In this document: positions 25,813-39,212 of the stretch, one piece after another | Layout of the letters: each line of letters begins with the position of its first letter | Position numbering within the stretch: position 1 is the stretch's first letter | Assembly (NCBI RefSeq): GCF_032444005.1 | Contig: NC_091291.1 | Location: forward strand, 10,540,001-10,604,000 | Length of the DNA stretch: 64,000 nt | Source of the DNA: Ranitomeya imitator | Lineage: Eukaryota | Reading direction: 5' to 3' | Position numbers and translations under genes: made by a program | Notes under the pieces: generated by a model | What the model was told of the DNA's origin: nothing | The model's input: only the letters and a program-made list of their open reading frames with translations | Database searches by the model: none

Positions 25813-27016
25813 CAGTACAGAACAAAAGCTTGGACACACCTTCTCATTTAAAGAGTTTTCTGTATTTTCATGACTATGAAAATTGTAAATTCACACTAAA
25901 GTGTGAAACAACTGAAATTATGTCTTATATTCTAGGTTCTTCAAAGTAGCCACCTTTTGCTTTGATGACTGCTTTGCACACTCTTGGCATTCTCTTGATG
26001 AGATTCAAGAGGTAGTCACCGGGAATGGTTTTCACTTCACAGGTGTGCCCTGTCAGGGTTAATAAGTGGGATTTCTTGCGTTATAAATGGGGTTGGGACC
26101 ATCAGTTGTGTTGCGCAGAAGTCTGGTGGATACACAGCTGATAGTCCTACTGAATAGACTGTTAGAATTTGTATCATGGTAAGAATGGTAAGAAAAAAGC
26201 AGCTAAGTAACGAAAAACGAGTGGCCATCATTACTTTAAGAAATGAAGGTCAGTCAGTCCGAAAAATTGGGAAAGCTTTGAAAGTGTCCCCAAGAGCAGT
26301 TGCAAAAACCATCAAGCGCTACAAAGAAACTGGCTCACATGAGGACCGCCCCAGGAAAGGAAGACCAAGAGTCACCTCTGCTTCTGAGGATAAGTTTATC
26401 CGAGTCACCAGCCTCAGAAATCACAGGTTAACAGCAGCTCAGATTAGAGACCAGGTCAATGCCACACAGAGTTCTAGCAGCACACATCTCTACAACAACT
26501 GCTAAGAGGAGACTTTGTGCAGCAGCCTTCATGGTAAAATAGCTGCTAGGAAACCACTGCTAAGGACAGGAAACAAGCAGAAGAGACTTGTTTGGGCTAA
26601 AGAACACAAGGAATGGACATTAGACCAGTGGAAATCTGTGCTTTGGTCTGATGAGTCCAAATTTGAGATCTTTGGTTCCAACCACCGTGTCTTTGTGCGA
26701 CACAGAAAAGGTGACCGGATGGACTCTACATGCCTGGTTCCCGCTGTGAAGCATGGAGGAGGAGGTGTGATGGTGTGGGGGGCTTTGCTGGTGACACTGT
26801 TGGGGATTTATTCAAAATTGAAGGCATACTGAACCAGCATGGCAACCACAGCATCTTGCAGCGGCATGCTATTCCATCCGGTTTGCGTTTAGTTGGACCA
26901 TCATTTATTTTTCAACAGGACAATGACTCCAAACACCTCCAGGCTGTGTAAGGGCTATGTGACCAAGGAGAGTGATGGGGGGCTACGCCAGATGACCTGG
27001 CCTCCACAGTCACCAG
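25813..27016 (+). mobile_element. Tc1 DNA transposon, 3'-truncated, with a frameshifted transposase at about 26176-27010
   Basis: TA|CAGTACAG left end. HTH region KKQLSNEKRVAIITLRNEGQSVRKIG; catalytic motifs VLWSDESKFEIFGS, KHGGGGVMVWG and FQQDNDSKH, spread over three frames. Confidence 0.92.
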
Positions 27017-27991
27017 TCTGTACTGTATGATTTCTCGCATAGCACTCGGCCATATTCTACAGTACTGTGACTCCGGCCTTATTCTCACTCTCCGTCACAT
27101 AATTACAAAAATATTCCACATAATGAGATTTTTCGCAGAAAAGTCTCCTGTTAGTGAAGGAAACGCCTATACTAAGTATCAAGAGTACGTGGTTAACCCT
27201 TCTGGCCACTTGACCTAAATGGAAAAATACAATGATGCAGGTGAAGAAGTAACAGGATAAATATAAACAAATAAGATATAAATAATAGAAAATAAATTTA
27301 AAAGTATCAAATAAATATGAATAAATATAGCTCTAAATAGATAGATATAAACACAATGTTTATAAAAACAGTCCCTCATATTGGGGAATAGAACAAATGA
27401 AAGCAAAACATTTTTAAGGGGATTTCACACATAGTGTATGGACTGCAAAGCCCAACCCAACTGAGGGTCTCCAGACCAGAAAAAAAAAAGTGTAATTTAT
27501 GTCTATGAGGGCATTGTGATCTGTACATAGACAAGGAAAGAAAGAATTGCACATTCAATAGTGGAAGTGAGTGGGTTTTACACTGCAAATTATACTGTAG
27601 AGAGGGGGAAAGCATCTATGTTCTCGGGGAGAACAGAGAAAACAGGCTGTAGATAGGGAGGGAAGCACATGAAGATAAAAACAGATGTGTTGAAAGTGAA
27701 TAAATTGCATCTTGGATAAGGAGACCTCACACCCAACTTGTATTATTATGAGGAAAGGGCACATTCAGATGAGAAAACTGCACATCTTTGGGTTTGTAAA
27801 TGAAAGAGAGAATTAAATATGATAATGATTTATAACTAATGGTTAATAATATTTATTATAGAAGAAATTAAAATCGTTACAGAGATGAGAGACAGAGCTT
27901 GCACTCTACAAGTTATCTCCACATAACACTCTTTGTAGCTGACCCCTCCTTTTGATTCAAGTAATAAAGGAGACTCCTAATGGCTAACAGA

Positions 27992-28987
27992 TGTTAGACC
28001 ATTGCACCAGGAATGTTGTGAAGCAGATTAACGACTGAGATAAGAACTTGGAGAAGCGTAAATATCTGTGATCTTTGTCTGCTTATTAGAAAATTAAGTA
28101 AGGAACTTTGTATGAACTGCATCGATCTTATAGATGCGAAAGTCATATTTTCAGAAACGTTACCAAGTGGCAAATGCAAAGCATGGTTTCACGTTGCTGG
28201 GCAATGACCAATAACTGCCTGATAGATGAGGCTACACCTGTCATCTTTGGTCTCTATGTAAAGATAAAATCGTAATAAGAAAGACTACGGCAATATCTGC
28301 CGTATCACACCTGTGATGTACAGGGGTGGAGATATCCTGGAAATTGAGAATCTCATAATTTTCAGAAATGGACGCCACATCCCATAACCAGCCTTGTTAT
28401 GAGTTATCAAGTTGAGATATGAGGTCATCACTTAGAAGCTAATGAAAGGCACATTTTGGACCTCAGTCCCTGGAGGTGCAGCTAACTGATGTTCTGTCCA
28501 TTCCTTTCTGGAGTACCTCCCTCTATAAATCTGAAGCCATTGCAGTGACGTCAGGTTTAGTAAGTTTCTTTTATTTGTCTTTTATTATTCTATGTAATTT
28601 TACATGCTGTATTATTTTGTCTCCTTTTTTAACATCTTTTGTTTATTTTTTGTAAACACTTCCCATCTTTCTGGATTAAATATAAAATGTAATTGTTCTG
28701 TTCCTTTTGTTCTGTAAACCGCACCCGAATCCTTATGTTACCTGAAACACCTGTAAACGATTGGTGGTGGCAGCTAATAATCTTTCTTGGGTTATTGTGG
28801 AGATGGCAGTGACCGAACCAAGGTATATATGTTTCATGCTTTGGAATTGGTTTTATATGAAGACATGCACTGTTAGTTTCCCAATAAATAGTCAAGTAGT
28901 GGAAACAGCCGCAGCTTCCTCTGTTAATCGCTGGTAAATTGCCTAATTGTCCCGATGATAGGGGGCAGCAGAGAGCTGTTCGTGACA
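27992..28987 (+). mobile_element. Diverged LTR (solo-like), same family as 38080-39165
   Basis: TGTTA...TGACA ends. Shares TTTGTAAACA..TTCTGGATTA..TATAAAATGTAAT..TGTTCCT..AAACCGCACCC and other blocks with 38800-38890. Confidence 0.55.
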
Positions 28988-29319
28988 AAAATGTAAGAGG
29001 ATTAGTTCAGCGCGACCCACTCAGCTGTGATCTTGACAATATTCAAAAAAGTAGTATACTCCCTATTTTAGTTGTTCATTAACTGAAGAAGGTTTGCTAG
29101 AAGAGAATATCAGTAATCAGATCAGAACTATTCTTGACCCCTGGCCCCAGAAATGTCTTAGATGGCACCATAAAGACAAACACACAACTGGTGTACTTAA
29201 AGTCAGGCAGGCAATAATGGCGAATGCAGTCTCTCATCTGAAAGCATAAGTAAAACTCTTATAGAATAATTCATGGGCACAAATCTTGATTGTTACAATT
29301 CAACATGAGGCACTGCGCT

Positions 29320-32300
29320 GACAGTAGTGCTGTGCTTGGTGATTACATCACCAGACAGTGGTGCTGTGCTTGGTGGTTACATCACCAGACAGTGGTGCTG
29401 TGCTTGGTGGTAACATCACCAGACAGTGGTGCTGTGCTTGGTGGTAACATCACCAGACAGTGGTGCTATGCTTGGTGATAACATCACCAGAGTGGTGCTG
29501 TGTTTGGTGGTTACATCACCAGATAATGGTGCTGTGCTTGGTAGTTACACCACCAGACAGTGGTGCTGTGCTTGGTGGTTACACCACCAGATAGTGGTGC
29601 TGTGTTTGGTGGTTACATCACCAGATAGTGGTGCTGTGCTTGGTGGTTACACCACCAGACAGTGGTGCTGTGCTTGGCGCTAACATCACCAGACAGTGGT
29701 GCTGTGCTTGGTGGCTACATCACCAGACAGTGGTGCTGTGCTTGGTGGTAACATCACCAGACAGTGGTGCTATGCTTGGTGATAACATCACCAGAGTGGT
29801 GCTGTGTTTGGTGGTTACATCACCAGATAGTGGTGCTGTGCTTGGTGGTTACACCACCAGACAGTGGTGCTGTGCTTGGTGGTTACACCACCAGATAGTG
29901 GTGCTGTGTTTGGTGGTTACATCACCAGATAGTGGTGCTGTGCTTGGTGGTTACACCACCAGACAGTGGTGCTGTGCTTGGCGGTAACATCACCAGACAG
30001 TGGTGCTGTGCTTGGTGGTTACATCACCAGACAGTGGTGCTGTGCTTGGTGGTTACATCACCAGACAGTGTTGCTGTGCTTGGTGATAACATCACCAGAC
30101 AGTGGTGCTGTGCTTGGTGGCTACATCACCAGACAGTGGTGCTCTGCTTGGTGGTAACATCACCAGACAGTGTTGCTGTGCTTGGTGGCTACATCACCAG
30201 ACAGTGGTGCTGTGCTTGGTGGTTACATCACCAGACAGTGGTGCTGTGCTTGGTGGTAACATCACCAGACAGTGGTGCTGTGCTTGGTGGTAACATCACC
30301 AGACAGTGGTGCTATGCTTGGTGATAACATCACCAGAGTGGTGCTGTGTTTGGTGGTTACATCACCAGATAGTGGTGCTGTGCTTGGTGGTTACACCACC
30401 AGACAGTGGTGCTGTGCTTGGTGGTTACACCACCAGATAGTGGTGCTGTGTTTGGTGGTTACATCACCAGATAGTGGTGCTGTGCTTGGTGGTTACACCA
30501 CCAGACAGTGGTGCTGTTCTTGGCGGTAACATCACCAGACAGTGGTGCTGTGCTTGGTGGTTACATCACCAGACAGTGGTGCTGTGCTTGGTGATTACAT
30601 CACCAGACAGTGTTGCTATGCTTGGTGGTAACATCACCAGACAGTGGTGCTGTGCTTGGTGGCTACATCACCAGACAGTGGTGCTGTGCTTGGTGGTAAC
30701 ATCACCAGACAGTGGTGCTATGCTTGGTGATAACATCACCAGAGTGGTGCTGTGTTTGGTGGTTACATCACCAGACAGTGTTGCTGTGCTTGGTGGTAAC
30801 ATCACCAGACAGTGGTGCTGTGCTTGGTGGTTAAACCACCAGACAGTGGTGCTGTGCTTGGTGGTTACACCACCAGATAGTGGTGCTGTGTTTGGTGGTT
30901 ACATCACCAGATAGTGGTGCTGTGCTTGGTGGTTACACCACCAGACAGTGGTGCTGTGCTTGGCGGTAACATCACCAGACAGTGGTGCTGTGCTTGGTGG
31001 TTACATCACCAGACAGTGGTGCTGTGCTTGGTGGTTACATCACCAGACAGTGTTGCTGTGCTTGGTGATAACATCACCAGACAGTGGTGCTGTGCTTGGT
31101 GGCTACATCAACAGTGGTGCTCTGCTTGGTGGTAACATCACCAGACAGTGTTTCTGTGCTTGGTGGCTACATCACCAGACAGTGGTGCTGTGCTTGGTGG
31201 TTACATCACCAGACAGTGGTGCTGTGCTTGGTGGTAACATCACCAGACAGTGGTGCTATGCTTGGTGATAACATCACAAGAGTGGTGCCTGGTTTGGTGG
31301 TTACATCACCAGATAGTGGTGCTGTGCTTGGTGGTTACACCACCAGACAGTGGTGCTGTGCTTGGTGGTTACACCACCAGATAGTGGTGCTGTGTTTGGT
31401 GGTTACATCACCAGATAGTGGTGCTGTGCTTGGTGGTTACACCACCAGACAGTGGTGCTGTGCTTGGCGGTAACATCACCAGACAGTGGTGCTGTGCTTG
31501 GTGGTTACATCACCAGACAGTGGTGCTGTGCTTGGTGATTACATCACCAGACAGTGTTGCTGTGCTTGGTGGTAACATCACCAGACAGTGGTGCTGTGCT
31601 TGGTGGCTACATCACCAGACAGTGGTGCTGTGCTTGGTGGTAACATCACCAGACAGTGGTGCTATGCTTGGTGATAACATCACCAGAGTGGTGCTGTGTT
31701 TGGTGGTTACATCACCAGACAGTGTTGCTGTGCTTGGTGGTAACATCACCAGACAGTGGTGCTGTGCTTGGTGGCTACATCACCAAACAGTGGTGCTGTG
31801 CTTGGTGGTAACATCACCAGACAGTGGTGCTATGCTTGGTGATAACATCACCAGAGTGGTGCTGTGTTTGGTGGTTACATCACCAGATAGTGGTGCTGTG
31901 CTTGGTGGTTAAACCACCAGACAGTGGTGCTGTGCTTGGTGGTTACACCACCAGATAGTGGTGCTGTGTTTGGTGGTTACATCACCAGATAGTGGTGCTG
32001 TGCTTGGTGGTTACACCACCAGACAGTGGTGCTGTGCTTGGCGGTAACATCACCAGACAGTGGTGCTGTGCTTGGTGGTTACATCACCAGACAGTGGTGC
32101 TGTGCTTGGTGGTTACATCACCAGACAGTGTTGCTGTGCTTGGTGATAACATCACCAGACAGTGGTGCTGTGCTTGGTGGCTACATCACCAGACAGTGGT
32201 GCTCTGCTTGGTGGTAACATCACCAGACAGTGTTGCTGTGCTTGGTGGCTACATCACCAGACAGTGGTGCTGTGCTTGGTGGTTACATCACCAGACAGTG

Positions 32301-33700
32301 TTGCTGTGCTTGGTGGCTACATCACCAGACAGTGGTGCTGTGCTTGGTGGTAACATCACCAGACAGTGTTGCTGTGTTTGGTGATAACATCACCAGAGTG
32401 GTGCTGTGCTTGGTGGTTATACCACCAGACAGTGGTGCTGTGCTTGGCGGTAACATCACCAGACAGTGGTGCTGTGCTTGGTGGTTACATCACCAGACAG
32501 TGGTGCTGTGCTTGGTGGCTACATCACCAGACAGTGGTGCTGTGCTTGGTGGTAACACCACCAGACAGTGGTGCTATGCTTGGTGATAACATCACCAGAG
32601 TGGTGCTGTGTTTGGTGGTTATATCACCAGATAGTGGTGCTGTGCTTGGCGGTTACATCACCAGACAGTGGTGCTGTGCTTGTTGGTTACATTACCAAAC
32701 AGTGGTGCTGTGCTTGGTGGTTACACCACCAGACAGTGGTGCTGTGCTTGGCGGTAACATCACCAGACAGTGGTGCTGTGCTTGGCGGTAACATCACCAG
32801 ACAGTGGTGCTATGCTTGGTGATAACATCACCAGAGTGGTGCTGTGTTTGGTGGTTATATCACCAGATAGTGGTGCTGTGCTTGGCGGTTACATCACCAG
32901 ACAGTGGTGCTGTGCTTGTTGGTTACATTACCAAACAGTGGTGCTGTGCTTGGTGGTTACACCACCAGACAGTGGTGCTGTGCTTGGCGGTAACATCACC
33001 AGACAGTGGTGCTGTGCTTGGCGGTAACATCACCAGACAGTGGTGCTGTGCTTGGTGGTTACATCACCAGACAGTGGTGCTGTGCTTGGTGATAACATCA
33101 CCAGAGTGGTGCTGTGTTTGGTGGTTATATCACCAGATAGTGGTGCTGTGCTTGGCGGTTACATCACCAGACAGTGGTGCTGTGCTTGTTGGTTACATTA
33201 CCAAACAGTGGTGCTGTACTTGGTGGTTACACCACCAGACAGTGGTGCTATGCTTGGCGGTAACATCACCAGACAGTGGTGCTGTGCTTGGTGGTGGCAT
33301 CACCTGACAGTGGTGCTGTGCTTGGCAGTAACATCACTAGACAGTGGTGCTGTGCTTGGCGGTAACATCACCAGACAGTGGTGCTGTGCTTGGCAGTAAC
33401 ATCACTAGACAGTGGTGCTGTGCTTGGCGGTAACATCACCAGACAGTGGTGCTGTGCTTGGTGGTTACATCACCAGACAGTGGTGCTGTGCTTGGTGGTT
33501 ACATCACCAGACAGTGTTGCTGTGCTTGGTGGTAACATCACCAGACAGTGGTGCTGTGATTGGTGATTACATCACCAGACAGTGGTGCTGTGCTTGGTGG
33601 TGGCATCACCTGACAGTGCTGTTGAGTTTAGGGGTTCCATCACATGACAGTGGTGATGTACTTATTGGTTCCTTGACAATGGAGCTGAGCTTGGTGGTTG
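29320..33700. repeat. 34-bp minisatellite (about 4.4 kb) with higher-order variant blocks
   Basis: Unit TTACATCACCAGACAGTGGTGCTGTGCTTGGTGG, with recurrent 32-bp variants (ACCAGAGTGG). Confidence 0.95.
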
Positions 33701-34659
33701 CATCAGTTGATGGTGGCGCTGATCTTGAAAAGTTATGCAATTAATTGGTGAAGTATTTTAATTAGTCCGAAAAGTGATGTCTGCTGCCAAAAAACAGTGC
33801 CCAATAACTGCACATATTAAAGGCACACACCCTCTGCAAGTCTGTCAATTGAAGCCACATTCTTACTAGCTAGCTGTCTCAAACCACAAAGGGTTCACAA
33901 TCCAAATTACTTCTCATGATGTTGTCTCATCAAAGCCCATGGCCACCACTTACTGGCTGCATCACCATTCACCTATAATATGTGATGGACCTGGAAATAC
34001 ATTACAGGAGATCAGTATGGATAAGGAGGTGGCCTTCCCAAGATGGTTGTCTCTCGGACAGGTCAACTGTACTCTATATAGTATATATCAGAAAACTTGA
34101 ATTGCTTTTTACAGAAACCTCTGTAGATATCCTCTTCATCTTGATTTCGAGGCAGGGGATTTCTCAGAACTGTCCGCCCTCCAACCTCAGGTTTCATGTT
34201 TTACTTTCATAAAGTCTTCAGCAGAATCTTCAGTTTCTATCACTGAAGACTAAGGTAACGTTCTCTCCTTCTTTGACTTCATTATTTCCATAATTTTTTA
34301 TAAAGGCATCCATATCATTTCTCGTGTACAGACTGAGGAGTTATGATGGTCGGGGTAGACTACAGAGGCCCCAATGGAATAATTAAATTGTGTTCCCTTT
34401 TTTTACAGTTTATACTTTCATCCCTTACAGCAGAGACTGTGACTGTGCACCCCCGACTGATCCTTGATATTAGGGTTGCCAGTAACGAACCGTTCTGACA
34501 GATATAATTGACGACAGATTCTGATATTACATTTTCATTAGTCATAAGGGACTTAATCCCCACAATGATTGGACAAATTCTATAATCTGCCAGGACAGAT
34601 AGACAACCCCATACTTCTCTCCATACGTCCCTACACCCCCAGAGACGATTATATAAACC

Positions 34660-36250
34660 CATCCATTCCCTAGACCACCCGAGCTGTTGACAATTAGTAC
34701 TTCACTATGATAGACCAGCAGGGATGCTGACAATACCCTAGACCCCCAGGAATGATTATATTAACATATCACTATCCAAGACCACCAGGGATGCTGACAA
34801 AAGCTACCTCACTAAGATAGACCACCATGGATGCTGAAAATACTCTAGACCACCAGGAATGATTATATTACCTTTCCCTACCCTAGACCACTAGAGATCC
34901 TGACAATAACTACCTCACTATGTTAGACTTCTGGGGATGCTGACAATACCCTAGACCACCAGGGATAACTATATTACCTTTTCCTTACCCCAGACCACCA
35001 AGAATGATTATATTAACCGTTCGATACCCTAGACCACAAGTAATGCTGGCAATTACTACTTCACTATGCTAGACCATCACGGATGCTGATGGTAACTTCC
35101 TCACTATCCTAGACCACCAGGAAAGCTGACAATAACTACCTCACTATGCTAGACCACCAGGAAAGCTGACAATAACTACCTCACTATGCTAGACCACCAG
35201 GAAAGCTGACAATAACTACCTCACTATGCTAGACCACCAGGGAAGCTGACAATAACTACCTCACTATGCTAGACCACCAGGAAAGCTGACAATAACTACC
35301 TCACTATGCTAGACCACCAGGGAAGATGACAATAACTACCTCACTATGCTAGACCACCAGGGAAGATGACAATAACTACCTCACTATGCTAGACCACCAA
35401 GAAAGCTGACAATAACTACCTCATTATGCTAGACCACCAGGGAAGATGACAATAACTACCTCACTATGCTAGACCACCAGGGAAGATGACAATAACTACC
35501 TCACTTTGCTCGACCACCAGGAAAGCTGACAATAACTACCTCACTTTGCAAGACCACCAGGGATGCTGACAATAACTACCTCACTATGCAAGACCACCAG
35601 GGATGCTGACATTAACCACCTCACTACCCAAGACCACCAGGGATGCTGACAATAACTACCTCACTATGCAAGACCACCAGGGATGCTGAAAATAACTACC
35701 TCACTATGCTAGACCACCAGGGATGCTGACATTAACCACCTCACTACCCTAGACCACCAGGGATGCTGGCAATAACTACCTCACCAAGTTAGGCTACCAG
35801 GGAAGCTGACAATAACTTCCTCACTACCCTAGACCACCAGGAACGCTGACATTAACTTCCTCACTATGCTAGACCACCAGGGATGCTGGCAATAAATTCC
35901 TCACTACCCTAGACCACCAGGGATACTGACATTAACTTCCTCACTACCCTAGACCACCAGGGATACTGACATTAACTTCCTCACTACCCTAGACCACCAG
36001 TGATGCTGACAAAGCTTCCTCACTATGTTAGACCACCAGTGATGCTGGCAATAACTTCCTGACTACCCTAGACCACCTAGACCACCAGGAATGTTGACAA
36101 TATCTTCCTCACTATGCTAGACCACCAGGGAAGCTGACAATAACTATCTCACTACCCTAGACCACCAGGGAAGCTGACAATAACTATCTCACTACCCTAG
36201 ACCACCAGGGACGCTGACAATAACTTCCTCACTATGCTTGACCACCAAGG
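34660..36250. repeat. 40-bp minisatellite
   Basis: Unit AGACCACCAGG(A/G)AAGCTGACAATAACTACCTCACTATGCT; homogeneous core at 35100-35500. Confidence 0.93.
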
Positions 36251-36654
36251 TTTTTGGCACGGACTACTTCAATAGAATAGGCAAATGATGCCAAAACTGC
36301 CAACCAAGCTGCCATTTATCCCTTAACTGCCCTGGGCCACCAGGGATCTTAGTATTCACACCTTTATAGTCTTATACCACAAGGACATTAGGTATTTTGT
36401 ATTTGCTTCTGGCACACGTCACCATGTGTCATGTTTGGCTACTAATTTGGAACTGTGAGGGTGGTCTCCGAGAGGCTTCCTATTGCTCATGGTGAAGGGG
36501 GATGTGATCCTTATACTTAGAGTATGTTAGGAGTTCTCTGCTGGTCACTGACACTTAAGATCTTCTTCAAAGTGTGATGAAGCTCCGGGGTTAGATAAAG
36601 GCGGCCGACTGTATAGATATGGGGTCCGTGAACCTACAGGACCCAGCTTAGTCC

Positions 36655-36910
36655 ATTTTATAGAAAGAGACCCTCTATAGAAAGAAACCCTCTATAGAAA
36701 GGGACCCTCTATAGAAAGAGACCCCCTATAGAAAGAGACGATCTATAGAAAGAGACCCTCTATAGAAAGAGACCCCCTATAGAAAGAGACGATCTATAGA
36801 AAGAGACCTTCTATAGAAAGAGACCCCCTATAGAAAGAGACGATCTATAGAAAGAGACCTTCTATAGAAAGAGACGATCTATAGAAAGAGACCCTCTATA
36901 GAAAGAGATC
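36655..36910. repeat. 17-bp minisatellite
   Basis: Unit CTCTATAGAAAGAGACC. Confidence 0.9.
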
Positions 36911-38079
36911 CAACCACATCAACATCCTAGCTGACCGCCTCTGAAGAGATAACAGTTGCCTCCGCTCACAATTCTATTGCTTCCTTTTTTCTTCATTTTT
37001 GTGTGTGTAAATTGCTAAGAAAAGTTACACATGTAGCAGAACTGAATTGTTTCACTTCTACATAGTGATACAGAAATGACTCAGCTTTGCTACATCTCCG
37101 CCGCGCCGTCCGCTACATTTCTGCATCTCACAGAAGCAAACTTGTATCAGCCATGTATTGGAAAGCTAAAACTTTTTTATATTACTTTTTTTTTTTATTT
37201 ACTTATCCTTTTTTTACAATAATATTTGCAGTACCTATGTGAAAACAAACTTCAATCCAAGACAAGACACAGAATGATACAAAGAATCACGCGGAAAGTT
37301 ATAATAATAATGCGCAGCGCGCCGAAACAAAGCAACAAATGTAAAAGATCATTAAAATAGATTAACTTCCTCTTTTCCATTTCTGTTGTATCCCAGAAGA
37401 AACTTTTTATCTTTTTATACAATTTTTTTTTTCAAATCAGCTTCAATCATTAAGATATTAATGGAAAAAAAAAATTATTGGAAATATACACTGTACAGTA
37501 TTAACTCTTCGGTGCCGTGTGGCCTCACTATATGGAGTGAGTTTAGGAGCTGCTCCGTGCAGTGCAGGTGCCAGCTGTGCCACACAGTCGGCATCGGACT
37601 GTGACTTCTTGTTGTATCAAGCTCCAATCGCAATAGTTAATCCTCTGAGATGTCCATGATGTGATCGCTGGCTGCCAATGGGATGCTCTGGCCCCCCGCC
37701 ATACTTTGAAGCCATATAAATGTTACTATGTCCCGAAAAATTTAACAACAAAGTGTAGTAGATTCATGTCCCCTAGGAGGAAAAAAGATAAAGTGAGAAT
37801 AAATTTTAATACGAAAAACATAAAAAAGCTTAAAAAGTCAAATCAGACCCGTTTATCTCAATTTAAAAATTAAAAAAATACACGTTTGATACATAAAATT
37901 CAAAGTTAATGATCCAAACACAAAGCGGAATATTCTTTTGTTCTTATTTTTATTACATTTTATTTTATTAAATTCAAAACATTATGGAGCTCAGAAAATG
38001 GCGACATAAGCAAAAATTTGTTACATTTTGTTAATTAAAACAAGGGCGATTAGAAAGCTGATACGTTCAGCTCCATTGA

Positions 38080-39186
38080 AACAGAGGCCCCTTGCAGTGT
38101 CCAGGTAATTAAACGGGAGATTGTCTGGGGAAAAAGACAATGAGACTGAGATTTGTTTGCCTATAGGAGGAGAAGATTACTTCCCAAGGAATGAGCTTCC
38201 TATGATCAAAGGAATCTGGACAATTGCAGCTAGAGGGTACGGCGGTGGTCAGTGATGAATATTGGGGTTTTGCAACAAACCAATGTTTATAAGAGACATA
38301 TTTTCAACCTCGTAGCAAAGGGATAAACAGAATGCATTCACTCACAACACCGCAAGGCCGGCAGAGTCCCTCCAACTTAATAACGGTCCAAAGAATTGTG
38401 CTATACATGTCGTCTTTCATCTCTATAAAAAAATAAATTTGTGATAATGAACATGACGACAATATCTCTCGACTAGGATCTCCAAGAGCGAAGATATCCT
38501 GTAAGTTGGGAATCTCATAAAATTCTATCAGACCTAGCGCTTCCCACAAGCAGCCCCCACATAAGCTCATCAAGGGGAGGTATGCGGGCATAACTTTGAG
38601 CTAATAAAAAGCGGCAGTTTGGCTTTGGTCATTTATTAGTCCTTGAAATGTACAGCATGCTATGGGTTCTGTCTCTTTTTCCTAAGGAGTACCTCCCTCC
38701 TCTAATCTCTGACATCAGGTTTAGTAATTCTCTTTCATTATTCCTTATTATCTTATGCAATTGTACATATTGTATTGTTTTGTTCCCATTTGTATCATCT
38801 TTGTATATGTTTTGTAAACATTGTCTACGTTTCTGGATTAACTATATAAAATGTAATAGCTGTGTTCCTCTTGCTCTGAAAACCGCACCCCTGAATCCAT
38901 ACACTGTCTGTAACCAGTGTAAAATCGGTCCTGTGGCAGCCAGTAGTTCCTTTTGTTATTGTGGAGCTGGCAATGACTGTACCGGGGTATATATATATAT
39001 ATATATACCATGAGCTGGAATTGGAGGTGTATATACCGTACGCTCACTGTGAGTTTCCCAATAGCCGGCCTAGTAGAGGAAGCAGCAGCTTCCTCGTCAA
39101 TCATTCGTCACTCAATAGCGTAATTCTTCTGAAGATTGGAGACAGCAGAGTTGTATCCTCTGACAAATTGGTGGCAGTGGTGAGAT
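38080..39186 (+). mobile_element. LTR (ending TGACA at 39165) followed by a tRNA-Leu primer-binding site
   Basis: After TGACA-AAT comes TGGTGGCAGTGGTGAGAT (39169-39186), a 16/18 match to the complement of the vertebrate tRNA-Leu(AAG/TAG) 3' end. The left boundary is approximate. Confidence 0.65.
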
Positions 39187-39212
39187 CTGTGTGACCTCCA
39201 TGGTTGTTATCC

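Noticed and set aside
29290-33744. Many Cys/Trp-rich ORFs (VVLCLVVTSPDSGAVLGG)
   Set aside because: The 34-bp unit is not a multiple of 3, so the peptide cycles through all frames; there are no splice signals.
34410-34600. Faint Ig-like string (DITFSLVIRDL..WTNSIIC)
   Set aside because: It needs stops and a frameshift and lacks the first Cys and Trp; too weak to call a pseudo-exon.
37154-37230. MYWKAKTFYITFFFYLLILFLQ* as the Ig receptor leader
   Set aside because: It is hydrophobic only because of a poly-T run, ends in a stop, and has no phase-1 GT donor.
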